This document shows, piece by piece, positions 11,341-23,300 of a DNA stretch of 37,771 nucleotides. The position numbers and the translations under genes are program-made. Source of the DNA: Hyphochytrium catenoides (Eukaryota; Protista; Hyphochytriomycota). Below the pieces are notes generated by a model. The model made no database searches. It saw nothing but the letters and a program-made list of their open reading frames with translations, and had not been told where the DNA came from. The stretch is from the NCBI GenBank assembly GCA_900088475.1, contig FLMG01004027.1, forward strand, positions 1 through 37,771. Direction: 5' to 3'. Position 1 is the stretch's first letter; every line of letters starts with the position of its first letter.

Positions 11341-14300
11341 CTACCATCTTCTTCTCCCTTTAGGAGGAGGTGAAGCAACTGTTTTCTTCTCTTCCTTTTC
11401 CTTTTCTCCCTGTAGTGAGTTAGCAATGGCCGGCGCGTAGGGCATCATCAGTAGCTTGCGCACATCTTCGCTGCCACCAGGAGTCACGAGTTTGTAGCTT
11501 CCCCAGACAGGGCTCCGCTCCAGTTCCTCGGACACCTCTTTACCAGCAGTTGGGTTGGCTGCAGGGTCACAGTCCCGGTCAGTTTGAAGAGTATAACGAT
11601 AGACTAGTCAACAGATGGAAATGGGCAGCAATATGACTGGAGGAGAGTCTACATTCGAGCTTACTAAGAGAAGAGGTGAACGTCAGAGAAACACTGTGTG
11701 CTTTGGAGAAGATATCTAGTCTCTGAGGACGGAGTAGCTTACCTGCAAGGCTCTGAAGCAGTCTCGCCGCCAAAGTCTTTGTCTCGGGCAGCGAGCCTAG
11801 ATGAGAGAAGCTTATCACTCCAGAGAGTATGTCGAGGAGCTGTCCCACCATCCCGCTGCGTACCGCCTACGAGTGGGAGATGAAGCTTAGTAAGTGTCCT
11901 AATAACTAGACGTCGAATCTAGCCTTTGACCCCCTTCCTTGAAGCACAATCCTCGACGCCTCTTCTTCTATATTTACTTTTTGGCGTCCAAGTTTATCCC
12001 CTATTGGCTTTTCCTCTTTATCCTTCAAGATGTTTTGCTGACGTGGCTCTTTTGCCCTGTACCTGCTCACAAATCTTCGATGTGGCCTGTGTATGCCGCT
12101 GTAAGGAGGTGAGTAGGATGGCCAAGAGAAGCTGAATATGTCGCGGGTCTCCCTCTCTCATTGCAGGAAGGAGTTGAGCTAAAGCATCTGCGTCCATGCC
12201 TTGAGCTAGGCTATCGATGCATGACGGCATCAAGCAAAGATGGCCGAGGACCTGTATGTGTATGTGGAGTGAGTGTCATTAGGCGCATGTGATAGGGAGA
12301 CAAAGAGTAGGAGAGAGAGACAGAGAGAAGAGAATCGATGTGAAAGAGAGAAGAAAAGAGAGAGAAGTAGAGTGAGAGGAAAGATTAGTGCGACAAGGCT
12401 CGCAAAGATATAATTGGCAAGGCAAGTCGGAAGCTTTCCCCAACGACTTCTTAAGCATATTGAAGACGCTGATAAAGGTTGAAGAGGGACACACTCCCTC
12501 TGCGTACTAACCTGAAGCGCAAGCGTAGCGGCCTGCCCTGCTAGAGTGGAATTTCCCTCGGCAAGTGTGGAGAGAAGCGAGAACAGAGTCCTCATGTACG
12601 GAGGAGCGATGGCGGCCACTACCGTTGCGCATCTAGGGAGACATCACTTATGATGAGATGAACGTGAACTATAGCGGAGAGAGCCGGAAGCTTGGGTAGG
12701 CATAATGCGAGGAAAGGGTGGAAACCAAGCCCTTAAAGGCAGAGCGAAAGTGAGAGATGACTGGGGGATGGGCATTGCGCACCTCGGGCTAGCTAATGCT
12801 GTGTGAAGGGCCTGCAAGCCTCTGAGCCTCAAAAGAGGAAGCTTGGCGTAACCTTCGTCCAGGAGCGAAAAGAGCACGGATATGCCATTCTTTTCCTGCA
12901 GCACTCGATCCATACCTAGAGGTTTAGCCGGTGGAGCAGTGGTGAGACGTGATGGAGGGTCAATAGTTTGAGCTTCTTCTGCCTTGGTTGTCCTCTCTCT
13001 GTGAGTTCTTCTTCATGCGTTCTTTTTACGAGGCGTTGTTGATCAGCTTTCCAGACAGCGGCCGTGACTGTTGTCTAAAAACACCTAAAGACTGTACTTC
13101 CTCTTAAATGCTTACCCTTGGTGAAAGCTAATAAGTGAATGATAGCCTGCGTCATCATCTCCATTCGCTGGACAGAGGGAAGATTTAAGAGAGGAAGAGA
13201 GAAGACAAAAAGGCAGGGCGATCAGATCATCATGAGCTTCCTGCCACTCTCATAAGCTGAACTGATACCTGGCAAACTTCTTCTGAGGGAGATTGAGACG
13301 ATAGGACGTCTTCCTTCAGTTTATCCAGCAGTCCACACAAAAACGACTCCGGCGATGGAATTTTAGTAAGTGGATCCTGTCGCATAGCAAGACAAAGTTC
13401 ATTGACCAGCGTGGATAGAGCTTCTCAGAAAAGGCCGGCTTTAAGAAAGGTCGAAAAGTAGGATAATCATGCTCAAAAGGAGCGCCAGGTCCATCCAGCA
13501 AGTAAAGCTCTTTTGGCTGCCCACCGTCGAGGAAGTGCCCATCCTCTAGGTCGCCGATCACTCACTACTTTCACTCACCGCGTTGAAGTACCGGACATAG
13601 ATGCCGCAGATCTTGAGCTCTCTCTCTAGTGCTTGGTACACGAAACTTTGGGATACTGCCAGGGTGTTCGAGAAGCAGGAGTCAGTGAATCTAAGTCTAA
13701 GACATTCGCGCCATGCGCAGGAGAGGACGAAGCTACTAAGGAACGACAAGGCAAAGGACTTGCAGGGAATGGAAAGACAGGAGAATGGCTTACCAAATCT
13801 CTCCTTATTGTCAATGGCCTTGCCTACTAGCACCCTCATTTCCTCTCTAGTTTCCTCGGTCCACACCAAGGTTGCAGTGGTAGTGTTCCCGCAGAGGACG
13901 CGAAGAAAAGGAGTAGTACCACCCTGGCGGAGTATCTCTTCCAAGGGAGGAGACAGAAGAACCGATATGCTTCTCTTCATTAGGGAAACGCAATCCTCGG
14001 CATTCTTCTCTGGCTCTTCCAACACTCCTTTTCTAAGGTTAGCAGGGGCAGGTGTAGCTTCGTATTCAGACTTCTCATACTCTAGAAGTGACACAAGTGC
14101 TCCGGCCGCCACCTCCGCCTTCTTGCTATTAATGTGCTCAGGATGCAGCTGTGCGACGCAAAAGTAGAGAAGGACAAGATTTAGCTAGAGAGAACATGAC
14201 TGCGCGAGCGATCCGGACTGAGCGCAGCCGACGAGACGTGGGGGCAGAGGGAGAAGAGAATAACTAGAAAAAGAGGGAGCTAAACTTGGTAAGCATGTAG

Positions 14301-17300
14301 GAGAGGAGTAACGTAGGCGGAAGAGGCACTGAAGGTTCTGACCGGTTGATAACCGAGCGCTATTTTTAGTAGATAGAACGGCGCCCCGTGGTCCGCCAAA
14401 TGGCTTATGAGCAGAGACGCGGGCCCCGAGGAGCACGATAGCTCTGCAATTATATCTAGAGCGTATTGACCAGCCAAGTCATCATCGGAGCTACCCAGGA
14501 AGGGTAGCAAAAGCGGAATCTACAAGGCATTCCCCGAGAGTTAGAAGCTAGTTAAAGAGGTCTATGAAGACTTGAGGAGCAGGAAAGCGAGCTTACAAGA
14601 CAGAGCATTGCTTTGCCGAACAGAGATCAACCCTTAGATAGAAGGCGAATGGCAAAGGAACATCGATAACGCCAGAGCCAGTCGAGAAAGCAAAGAAGGT
14701 GAGGAGCAACAGGAAGTCGGCAAGAAGTAGAATACAGCAGAAAGCGGCCCGCACCATCTCTGTTGAGTTTAGAGCCGCGGCTGCTACTCTGCCCTCTTCA
14801 TGCTGCAAAATATAGGACAAAGTGCACAAAATGTCGGCGGCAAGAGCTTCGCAATCCTCTGAACATCGAGGGGAGGGACAAATGAGTTATGATCCCCGGA
14901 GATTCAGCATTTTGATCGATAGACTATGCAGAGAGCAAAATAAGGCATAAATGGCAAGACGAAACAGAGGCAGACACCGTGTTGTGATGACAAGAGTCAT
15001 GACAACTATTGCGGAAAACAGGCTCTTCGAAGAGGAAAGGCATCAGATTATGAACAGAGTCCATCCTCCGCTCCTAGTCTTCGCGGGCGCAGGTGAGCTA
15101 CTGCACCTGCTGAGCTCGGATGTAGTTGTGGCGCCTCAGCGAGCACTTGGGTAAGCAGCCTAATATACTGAGGAGTGGCACACTGCTTCGCGTTGTCGGT
15201 TGAAGCTAGCAGAGAAGTGCACGCCAGAGAAGAGTAAGAGGAGATGTAAGGCTCGTTTAGCTGCATCACATAATTTAAGGTTTCATTCACTTCCTACCTG
15301 GTACAAGATGGGCGAAGGCCGCCATCAGGGACGACAGAAGGCCGGATCTGTCATTCTGATCTTTCTTGAATCGCTCTCCTCGCATGTCGAGTGCCGCCTC
15401 AACGGCTTCCAGCAGATAATGGAAGGCGTTGAACTCTAGAAAGGGACTTTCGTCACTATATCTCCGGAATAAGAGCGTTACGGCTTCCACTAAGACTACG
15501 GCGTCAGCTGCCGCGTACTTAAGATCCGTGATTGAGACAATGAGAGCGAACAGGTACAAGGCCGTCAGTATGCCATGAGGGGATTTGAGTCTCATAGAGC
15601 ATGGCGAGATAGACGGGGAGCGAAAGAAGCGTGCAACAGTCGCCAAGAATTGGAAATCAACTACCTATAAAGTGAAGGAGCACAGCTCTCATCGATTTGG
15701 ACGGAGCACAGCATTCAGAGAGTAGAATGGGCAGAAACCAAGCTTGTCTCGAAGTGACTACGGCCTACCTGCTTCCCTCCTTCTGGCGGGTTTGCCCAAC
15801 AGTTAATAGCTTTGCCGAGGTTGGTTACCAAAAGACACAGATCCCTAATGGGCCAGTCCGGGTACTCCTGCACATCCAACAAATTCCTGAGGTAATAACC
15901 TTCCACCTGCAGATCATACGCTTTTGCAGGGTATCTGCAACCAAGGGGACGAAGTTAGAAGCAATGATATCGGAGCTTCAGATTAATCGCTACGAGCACG
16001 GACAATTTCACCAGCGATCAGGATGGAAAGAAAGAAAGAACTTCGAAGGAGGCTACCCCAGGTTCTATCTCGAATGGTAGATGGGTACTGCATGCTGCAT
16101 GTACTGGGAGAAGAAGTAAAGAGGAAACAAGGGCACCTTATCGGTTCCATTTGTTCTTCGGGGCAGCAGAACTCGTCTTCTGCCTCGTCCCTTTGCATTT
16201 TGGAACCCTTGTGCGACTCCATAAACCTTGAAAGTTCTTCTCTCAGCCTCTCTCTCATTGCCTGACCCCACAGCAGCTCAGGTGTGTCGTTCTCTGAGAA
16301 AAAAGCTGCAGAGAACGCTTCCGATTCATAACGCACAAGGAAGAGGATGACCGCCAGAGGAAAGAAAGGACACAGGGCGCTATTCCGGCAGAGCTGAGGG
16401 CAGCAGACATAGATAGAAGAGGTGGAGTGTCAGGCTCGTATTGGGGTTCGCAATGAGAGTGTGGCCCCTGATGATAAGAGGAACTGTGAATTGACAGAGG
16501 AACATCCGATATGAAGCCAGAATGTAATGGTAAACTCTCGTTAGGTTAGATGTCACGCAAACATGCACAATCTTCTCTCTCCAGCCGAGGACCCCGAGTA
16601 GGTGGACCGAAGACTTATAGGTGATCTGAAGTAAGTAAAGAACAGAACAGCGGACAAAGACGCAGATTTTGCTTCGAAGTTCTTACCCGTCGTAACGGTT
16701 CCTCTTCGGGATATTCCTCTTTCTCCTCGTCCACCAACGTGGGACGAATCTCAAACTTTTGTCGAAGATGAGTCTCTTTCAGGACTATCGCCACTAAAGG
16801 GATGTTGCGTTCTGTCACGTATCTGGGAAAGCATTGTAACGAGACTGTTAGCCGACCTTGTCACGGTAGCTCAGTCAGGGAGAGTTCTGAGCTTGATGAT
16901 GTCGGTCAAATGGGCATGTCCACTGGATACCATTGTTTTGGGGGGTTAAGGACAGCTAGGCTCTGACGGGCTTACGCCGCGTAGGACATAAAGGCTGTGT
17001 GAAATGCAACACTCTCAACAAGCAACGCAGCAAACACAAGGTGGCAAAAAGAGTAAAAAGGACCACTCGAACCTTAACAGGTAATAGAAGATCCCAGTCC
17101 TATAGAGTCTCGGTACAATTGAGGGATTGATCCTGTACAGGATCATCTGCAGCTTCACAGCCCAGAAAAACACCTTCTCGCTGCCGGTACCGAGGAGGGA
17201 CACCAGGAAGGGCAGAATGGATGGAGAAGAAACCGCCGTGATGACAGCAGGGGTCGGAGAAAGGAGTGCACCATATCTAGTGACATTGAGTTAGGAGCCC

Positions 17301-20300
17301 CAAGAGGAACAAACGTGTCGCTTAGCACCGTTCTTAACGAAAGAGTCAAAAGAGGCATCTAGGACAAACGAGTTGTTGGGGCAAAAGGATAGCACAGGAG
17401 GTACTGGTACTTGCGGATTATTTGGATCAGGAAGGAGGCTCTTTCCATAAAGCAGACGAGTCGACGGGTAGCTTCCTGAGTACTGACCTGTGCTTGCCTA
17501 TTGCCGCTTTGCAGATTCGATAGAGAACTTTAAGACAGACCACCGCGATTGAGCGATGGCGGACCATAAGTCGGTCTGCCTGGAGAAAGCGGGATGAAAA
17601 TGAAATGTAGCTTGCCGATGATGGAGGGGTCTTCTCAACAGGAGCCAAGCTGGGCGATACGGAAGCAGCGGAGGGAAGAGCCATCGAGTTCACGGTGCTT
17701 GAGTCCTCGTCATCCTCCTCTTCCTCCTCCTCTTCCTTGTACTCGGATACTTCTTCTGCGTAATCGATGAAGCATGGACCATCATTAGAGGAGGCACATC
17801 ATATAGGGAACGCTTAGAAGCATTAGGGAAAGAAGAAGGATCACAACGGTCACCAGCGAAACGGGGATCAAATTTACAGGCCAAACAGCCCCACATCTGC
17901 AGCAAGCAGTACCTCCCTTCTTGAGTAAAATGAAGCAACCATTGGTAATATTATCTAACGAGAAGGTAGACCGCAAAAACGCTAGGAGTCAAAGACGCAT
18001 TGAAGCAGATGTCCCTTGCCCTGCACCTTCTTGCTCCTTGTTATCTTGCACATCTACTTCCGGAGGACTCCCCACAACATCTGGAGCATTCTTCAACCCA
18101 GCGGACCACGAAGAGGCCACTTCAGCAGGTGAGAGGATTCGTATCGGAAGAGAGGACGACGGACGTAGAGTTTCATCGGGGGAATCTGCTGCGAGTGGAG
18201 AGAGTGATGAGCACTTTATGGATTAGGGCAGAGGCTCCGCTTTTATAAGAAAAAGTGATCAATAAAAAGCTTGGCATCAACCCTGCAGGGGAACAACTTT
18301 GGAGGGCAAGGACCTAGATAGAGGAACAAGACCACGGCGGTGGGAGCCTGTTGTGGGTGATCTGATCTAAACCCTTGACATTGCGACCAACCATCTCACC
18401 TTGTTCTTTAGTCTTTACAGGGGAATAAGAGAAGGAAGACCTCGGACTATCTCCGTCCCGAGGTTCGGACCGCTCATCTTCATCCTCTCCTTCCTCCAGT
18501 GACTCCTTTGCCTCATCCACAACGGCTGGCTTGACCTGCATATTAGATTACGCAAGATGTTGAGAACACTATGTGAGTCCTCTGTCCTCGGATGACGGAA
18601 TGGCCCCTTCTCGCTAAAGCTCTCACCTCTCTTAGCAGCTCTATCACTGCTTCTATGCCCTCGGCCTGGAGAAAGCGCTTCACATTGGCCGGGTTACTGA
18701 TGGCGGCCAACAGAAAGGTCATTATTGCACCTGCCGACCACAGATAGAGATTGAGCGAGATATGAGGAGCCATGACCGACAGCAATCCCATAGAAAACGT
18801 ACGATCACAGAGATGAAAAAGTAGGAAGTCTGTACGTAGTTTGTTGTACATACTCCGGAGTATACACTGCCAATTATTTGCAGTGACAACGGGGTTTGCC
18901 CCTCTTTAAGGCCTTACCTCTTATTGCCAACGGCCAATCACGACAAGCAGAAGACGACGTGGGGGGCCGATTTAGAGCTTGAACAAGTGTAAGAAGAAAG
19001 GGAAGCGAGGGCAGGTGTCCCTTGTACCTCTCGAGCACCTATTGAGGTGAAATCAAGAGAAAATGTCAAAGTGATGACTGACGAGGATCACTAGAGGAGG
19101 ACATGGGAGAGGCATGTGCTGGCAAAGGAACTTGGACTTGACCTGACGCAGACGACAGGACAAGGAGATCATAGTGGCATGACTATCTTCCTACACCTAC
19201 CCTGGTCATCACCGTAAGGCAAAGAAGCTGCACAAGAGGATCTTTCTCTGTCACTACCCGCAGATAGAGTTGAGTCATAAACTCCTCAGGCTTTTCCACC
19301 TATTCATTAACAAGCCCAACGGAAATGGGAACAACAAAGTTAGCTTTTGTCAAGAGCAGCTGTGGATTCTGCAGTGCGGATTCAGTGCGACCACGGATGA
19401 GGTCACGCACCTCTTCTCTAAGGTTTTCCTCCTCATCCAACAGGAGGGCCAAGAAGTATGGACCCACGCGTATCTGAAGGTTATGAGTTAGACAGTTAAA
19501 TGATTAGGACCTCCATCCCTTACTAAAGCCGCAGGAAAGCAGAGTAGATTGACTTCTTTTGATAAGGAACAGGCACTTCCTAGATGCTTGGGATCACAAC
19601 ACAAGTGCAATAGTAGCGACAGAACGGGGCCGCAGGTGGAGGCAACTCAAAACCAGACCGCTATAATCTCCTTTCAAATGGTGGTAAGTAGGAGCGAGTT
19701 ACGGACCTCTCCTTTAAGCCACTCTCTTCTCAACTCAAAAGCCTGGCTGTTCCATCTGACTCTCCCTCTGCTGGCCCCTTCCTGAGCCCAGATCGCCGTT
19801 TGATGATGTAATGGGGATCCGGACTCCAGACTCCAGTCTGTTGGTCTAGAGTCATTGCCCATCTTCATTTCTACATCGCAACGTCCGAAGAAAAGAAGCG
19901 ATAGATTGACAAGATCAGAAGAAAGCCTAGTCTGCCTCTTTAGAAAATGAGCAGATAAACGGGAAAAGGGCTGTGCCATAATAAGATAAGAAGAGTTATA
20001 CGAGGTTGCATGAGAACTGCTGGAAGAGAAGACAGAAATCTAGCAGAGACCGAAAACTTACCGTCAACAACAGGGGAGCTAAGTAATCTAGAAGAGCTCT
20101 TGGAAACAAGTAGCTTTGAAGAACTCTTGGAGAGAAGGCGTTCTTCAGTGTCCACTTCCTGTCCAAGTAGGGACTCCCTAACCTCTGTGAAAAGTAAGAA
20201 CTAAAGTTAGGTTCAGCATGTCCGAGAAGCTGACACCTCTTCCTTCTCCAGCTTCCAGCATCTCGTCTCGTCTCACATCCTCTGCGAAGGTTCGACTACC

Positions 20301-23300
20301 TCACTGACAACAAGCTTACCTGTAGGGCAATGCCGAAGGAAATGGTTCACGCGCTTACGGCTAAGGTCTAACTTAGCGATATGCGACAAGATCGTATCGC
20401 AGATCTCCACTATTCCCTAACAGTCATAAGAAACGGAGCTAAGATCTTCTGCCCAATCGGACACAAGAGCAGTGAGGACGTCGTAAGGTTATGAAACTGC
20501 TGGCGATAGTTTAAGAGGCAAGCCTTATGGAGCGGCGGCTTTGCAAGCAGATATAGTGAAAAGAAGAAACAAGCGTATAGAGAGAGAGAGAGCGGTCAAG
20601 TTGCTGACCTCTTGGCCCCATATAAGATCCTTCTGGTGATGAGACTGCTGGATTCGTTCAAAGAATTCAGGAAGAAGGACTACGCACTTCACCTGCGGTA
20701 AGATGAAAGGCTGTCAGTTGAAATGAAAGGTAGGGTAATAACTTTTTAAGAACAGCGTTTAAGGGCAAGTAGCATGAGAGTAACAGGGAACAGGATGGCG
20801 GTGACCTCTGCACCCCTGGCGTCATATGGCTCCGCTGCCAGCCGTGGCAGCTCCATTAAGTTTCCTCTTTCATCAAACTCCAAGAACTACAGTCGTATAC
20901 GGGACAGCAGCAGCCGAGGGTTAGATAAGCCAAATAGACAAAAGCAACGGCAGCAAACTACAGGCTAAACTTAGAAGTCATCTTACTTTTGTGGGAATGT
21001 CCCCGATAAGTGGCGGAGGGAAGCAGCGGCGGATGAAAGAAGAAGACTCCACGTTCTCATGGATGAGAAGAGCTACAAGTTGACTTGATATGCGACGCTG
21101 TGGCTGCAGGATTACAAAGAGACGCAAAGGAAGAAGTCAGCTCAGCGCAAACAGATCAGAAAGAGAGGTGTACTATCTGCGAGGTTTAGTTGCTCTACAC
21201 AGACAGACGTAGTCCTGTTGAGCACTACTGGCAATACTGATATTCCCTTCTGGGCACATAGCTAACCTTAGATGGGGCAGAGAGCGCGAGGTAGAGTTGC
21301 CAGATTAGAATACCCTCACTGGTGGTGTCGCTCTGTATCATCTGCACCACCTCAGGCGGCTGCTCTAGCACATGCACCTGTGAACAAAAGTCTGTCAGAA
21401 CGCGGGACGAACTATGTTGAACGGTCCTCAATTCTGTCTCTTGCAAACAAACTTCCCCTAGGCACCGTCCCGATCTACTACTCATAATTCTTCAAATGTC
21501 TCTTTTTGCTTCTACCCTTTTTGTCCCAGCCTTTTCTTCCGGTATCGTTCCGTCTTTCTCTTGAGGCTAGCTGGATCGCGTTACCTTGATAAGAAGCGAT
21601 GCTTTCTTGGTTATGAGGAACGAGGGAGAACGACAGAAACCTAAAATTCGAAGTCTGGAGGTGAAAGACACAATGTCTAACGCTTCTGTTACATCCTTAA
21701 ACACCTGTGGACTGCTGCCCCTTCTTCCTGTCACGGAGGCGAAGGGTCAATGGTTAGAATAATGCGTTGAGCCACTCATGGACTGTTATTTCATTCCTTC
21801 CCCTAGATAGCGCTTCATCTTGAGCGGCGCTCAGCCTTTCTTATTCTCCTCTGATTTGCAACTATGTGCTAATTTCTAAAAGATCAGTACCATACAAGCT
21901 CGAGTTCCTCTAGGCTTCTCACAAAAACCAAGTTGCCCGCATTACTGACCTGAAGAAAGGATAACCTCTAACGTGTCCAGTACCGTCCCGTGTAGCAGAG
22001 CCCTTTCAGGATCTCCCTGCATAGCAAGCTTTCTTTGTCAGTAGTGAAGTCGACCGATTATCCTTTTATGATTACAAGGCGCTCTTCTGGGGGTCAGGCC
22101 AAGGGTAAAGCAAAAACTCAACACAATTGTTCCTATGTCGGCAAGCATTTAGACTCTGATACCGGTTGCACTCCGTCGTCGTCATCTTCAGGATGGGACT
22201 CCAGTACTGCATTTGCCAGAAGCTGTGGGTGTTCATCTACCAGGAGGACCTTACGGTTCGCCGTCTCATATCGGCTACCCTTAGAGTCTGAGGCCAAACT
22301 TAACTGCCAATGATGGGACAGAGATGAAGAATCGGGCGGGAGGATGGGGATAGCAGGAAGACGTGGTTTAAAACTGCGTGCGAGCATTGTTATGGCGAAC
22401 AGTGTGAGTTAGGTCCGAAGGCATTCAACGGAGTCCAGAGGAGGATGCACTAATGTAAATGACATCGCAAGGCTCGTTATCCAACTAACCATTGCTTTAG
22501 TCACTTGGGCAGCTGCGTGCGCAACTTCAGTGTTTGAAGATGAGAGAAGCTTGAATACCGCATGTACTCCCTTCTTGCTCTCGGCACTGAGAACAGCCTC
22601 AAAGCCCGCACGGGTGTAGAGGATCCTATGCAAAGCCTGGAACAAAAAGCGTATGGATGGTTTGAATGGGGGAGCTGCCCGTTGGTTTCTTTCCTTTCTG
22701 TTTGAATAGTGCATTTTGTTACACCTAAGTCACCAGGTCGCTTATAAGCTAAAGCGTAGATCGCCCTGATCCCGGACCATTCTTTTCAGTCTCCCGGACT
22801 TCCTACTCTCCGTAACCATCGTAAAGAGAATTTCCTCCGTCGGCTACTTACCAAGAGAATGATGACAAGCGTGCCTTCAGGTATCTCCATGTCTCCCTCG
22901 ATGAATTTGAGTAGGACACCCAAAGCACGTCGATCCTGCCCATGCGAACAGGTTAGGCGCAATTCGGAAGTGCCGCTATCAAACTCCCAATCGCTGTTAG
23001 TCAGTGCTTCTCTGTGTTATCTTGCCTCTCTTTTCCTTGTATCTCTTTCTGTCCTAAACTTAGGGCCCTACCTACTACCATATTGATAATTGCATCTCTA
23101 TTCAGCGCTGCAGCCATCTGCACTGACTTACCTTAGACTTAAGGCCCCGCACTCCAACGTTAACGTTAAAATCCAACAACGTTTGGTCTATCTGATCCAC
23201 ATCTTTAGCAGAAGTCAGGGCTGAGGGTGTTGAAAGCGGAAGGTTGTTGTTAGCTGTAAGGTTGAGATAGAGGTTAAACGAGTGCCCCTTCCAGACATAC

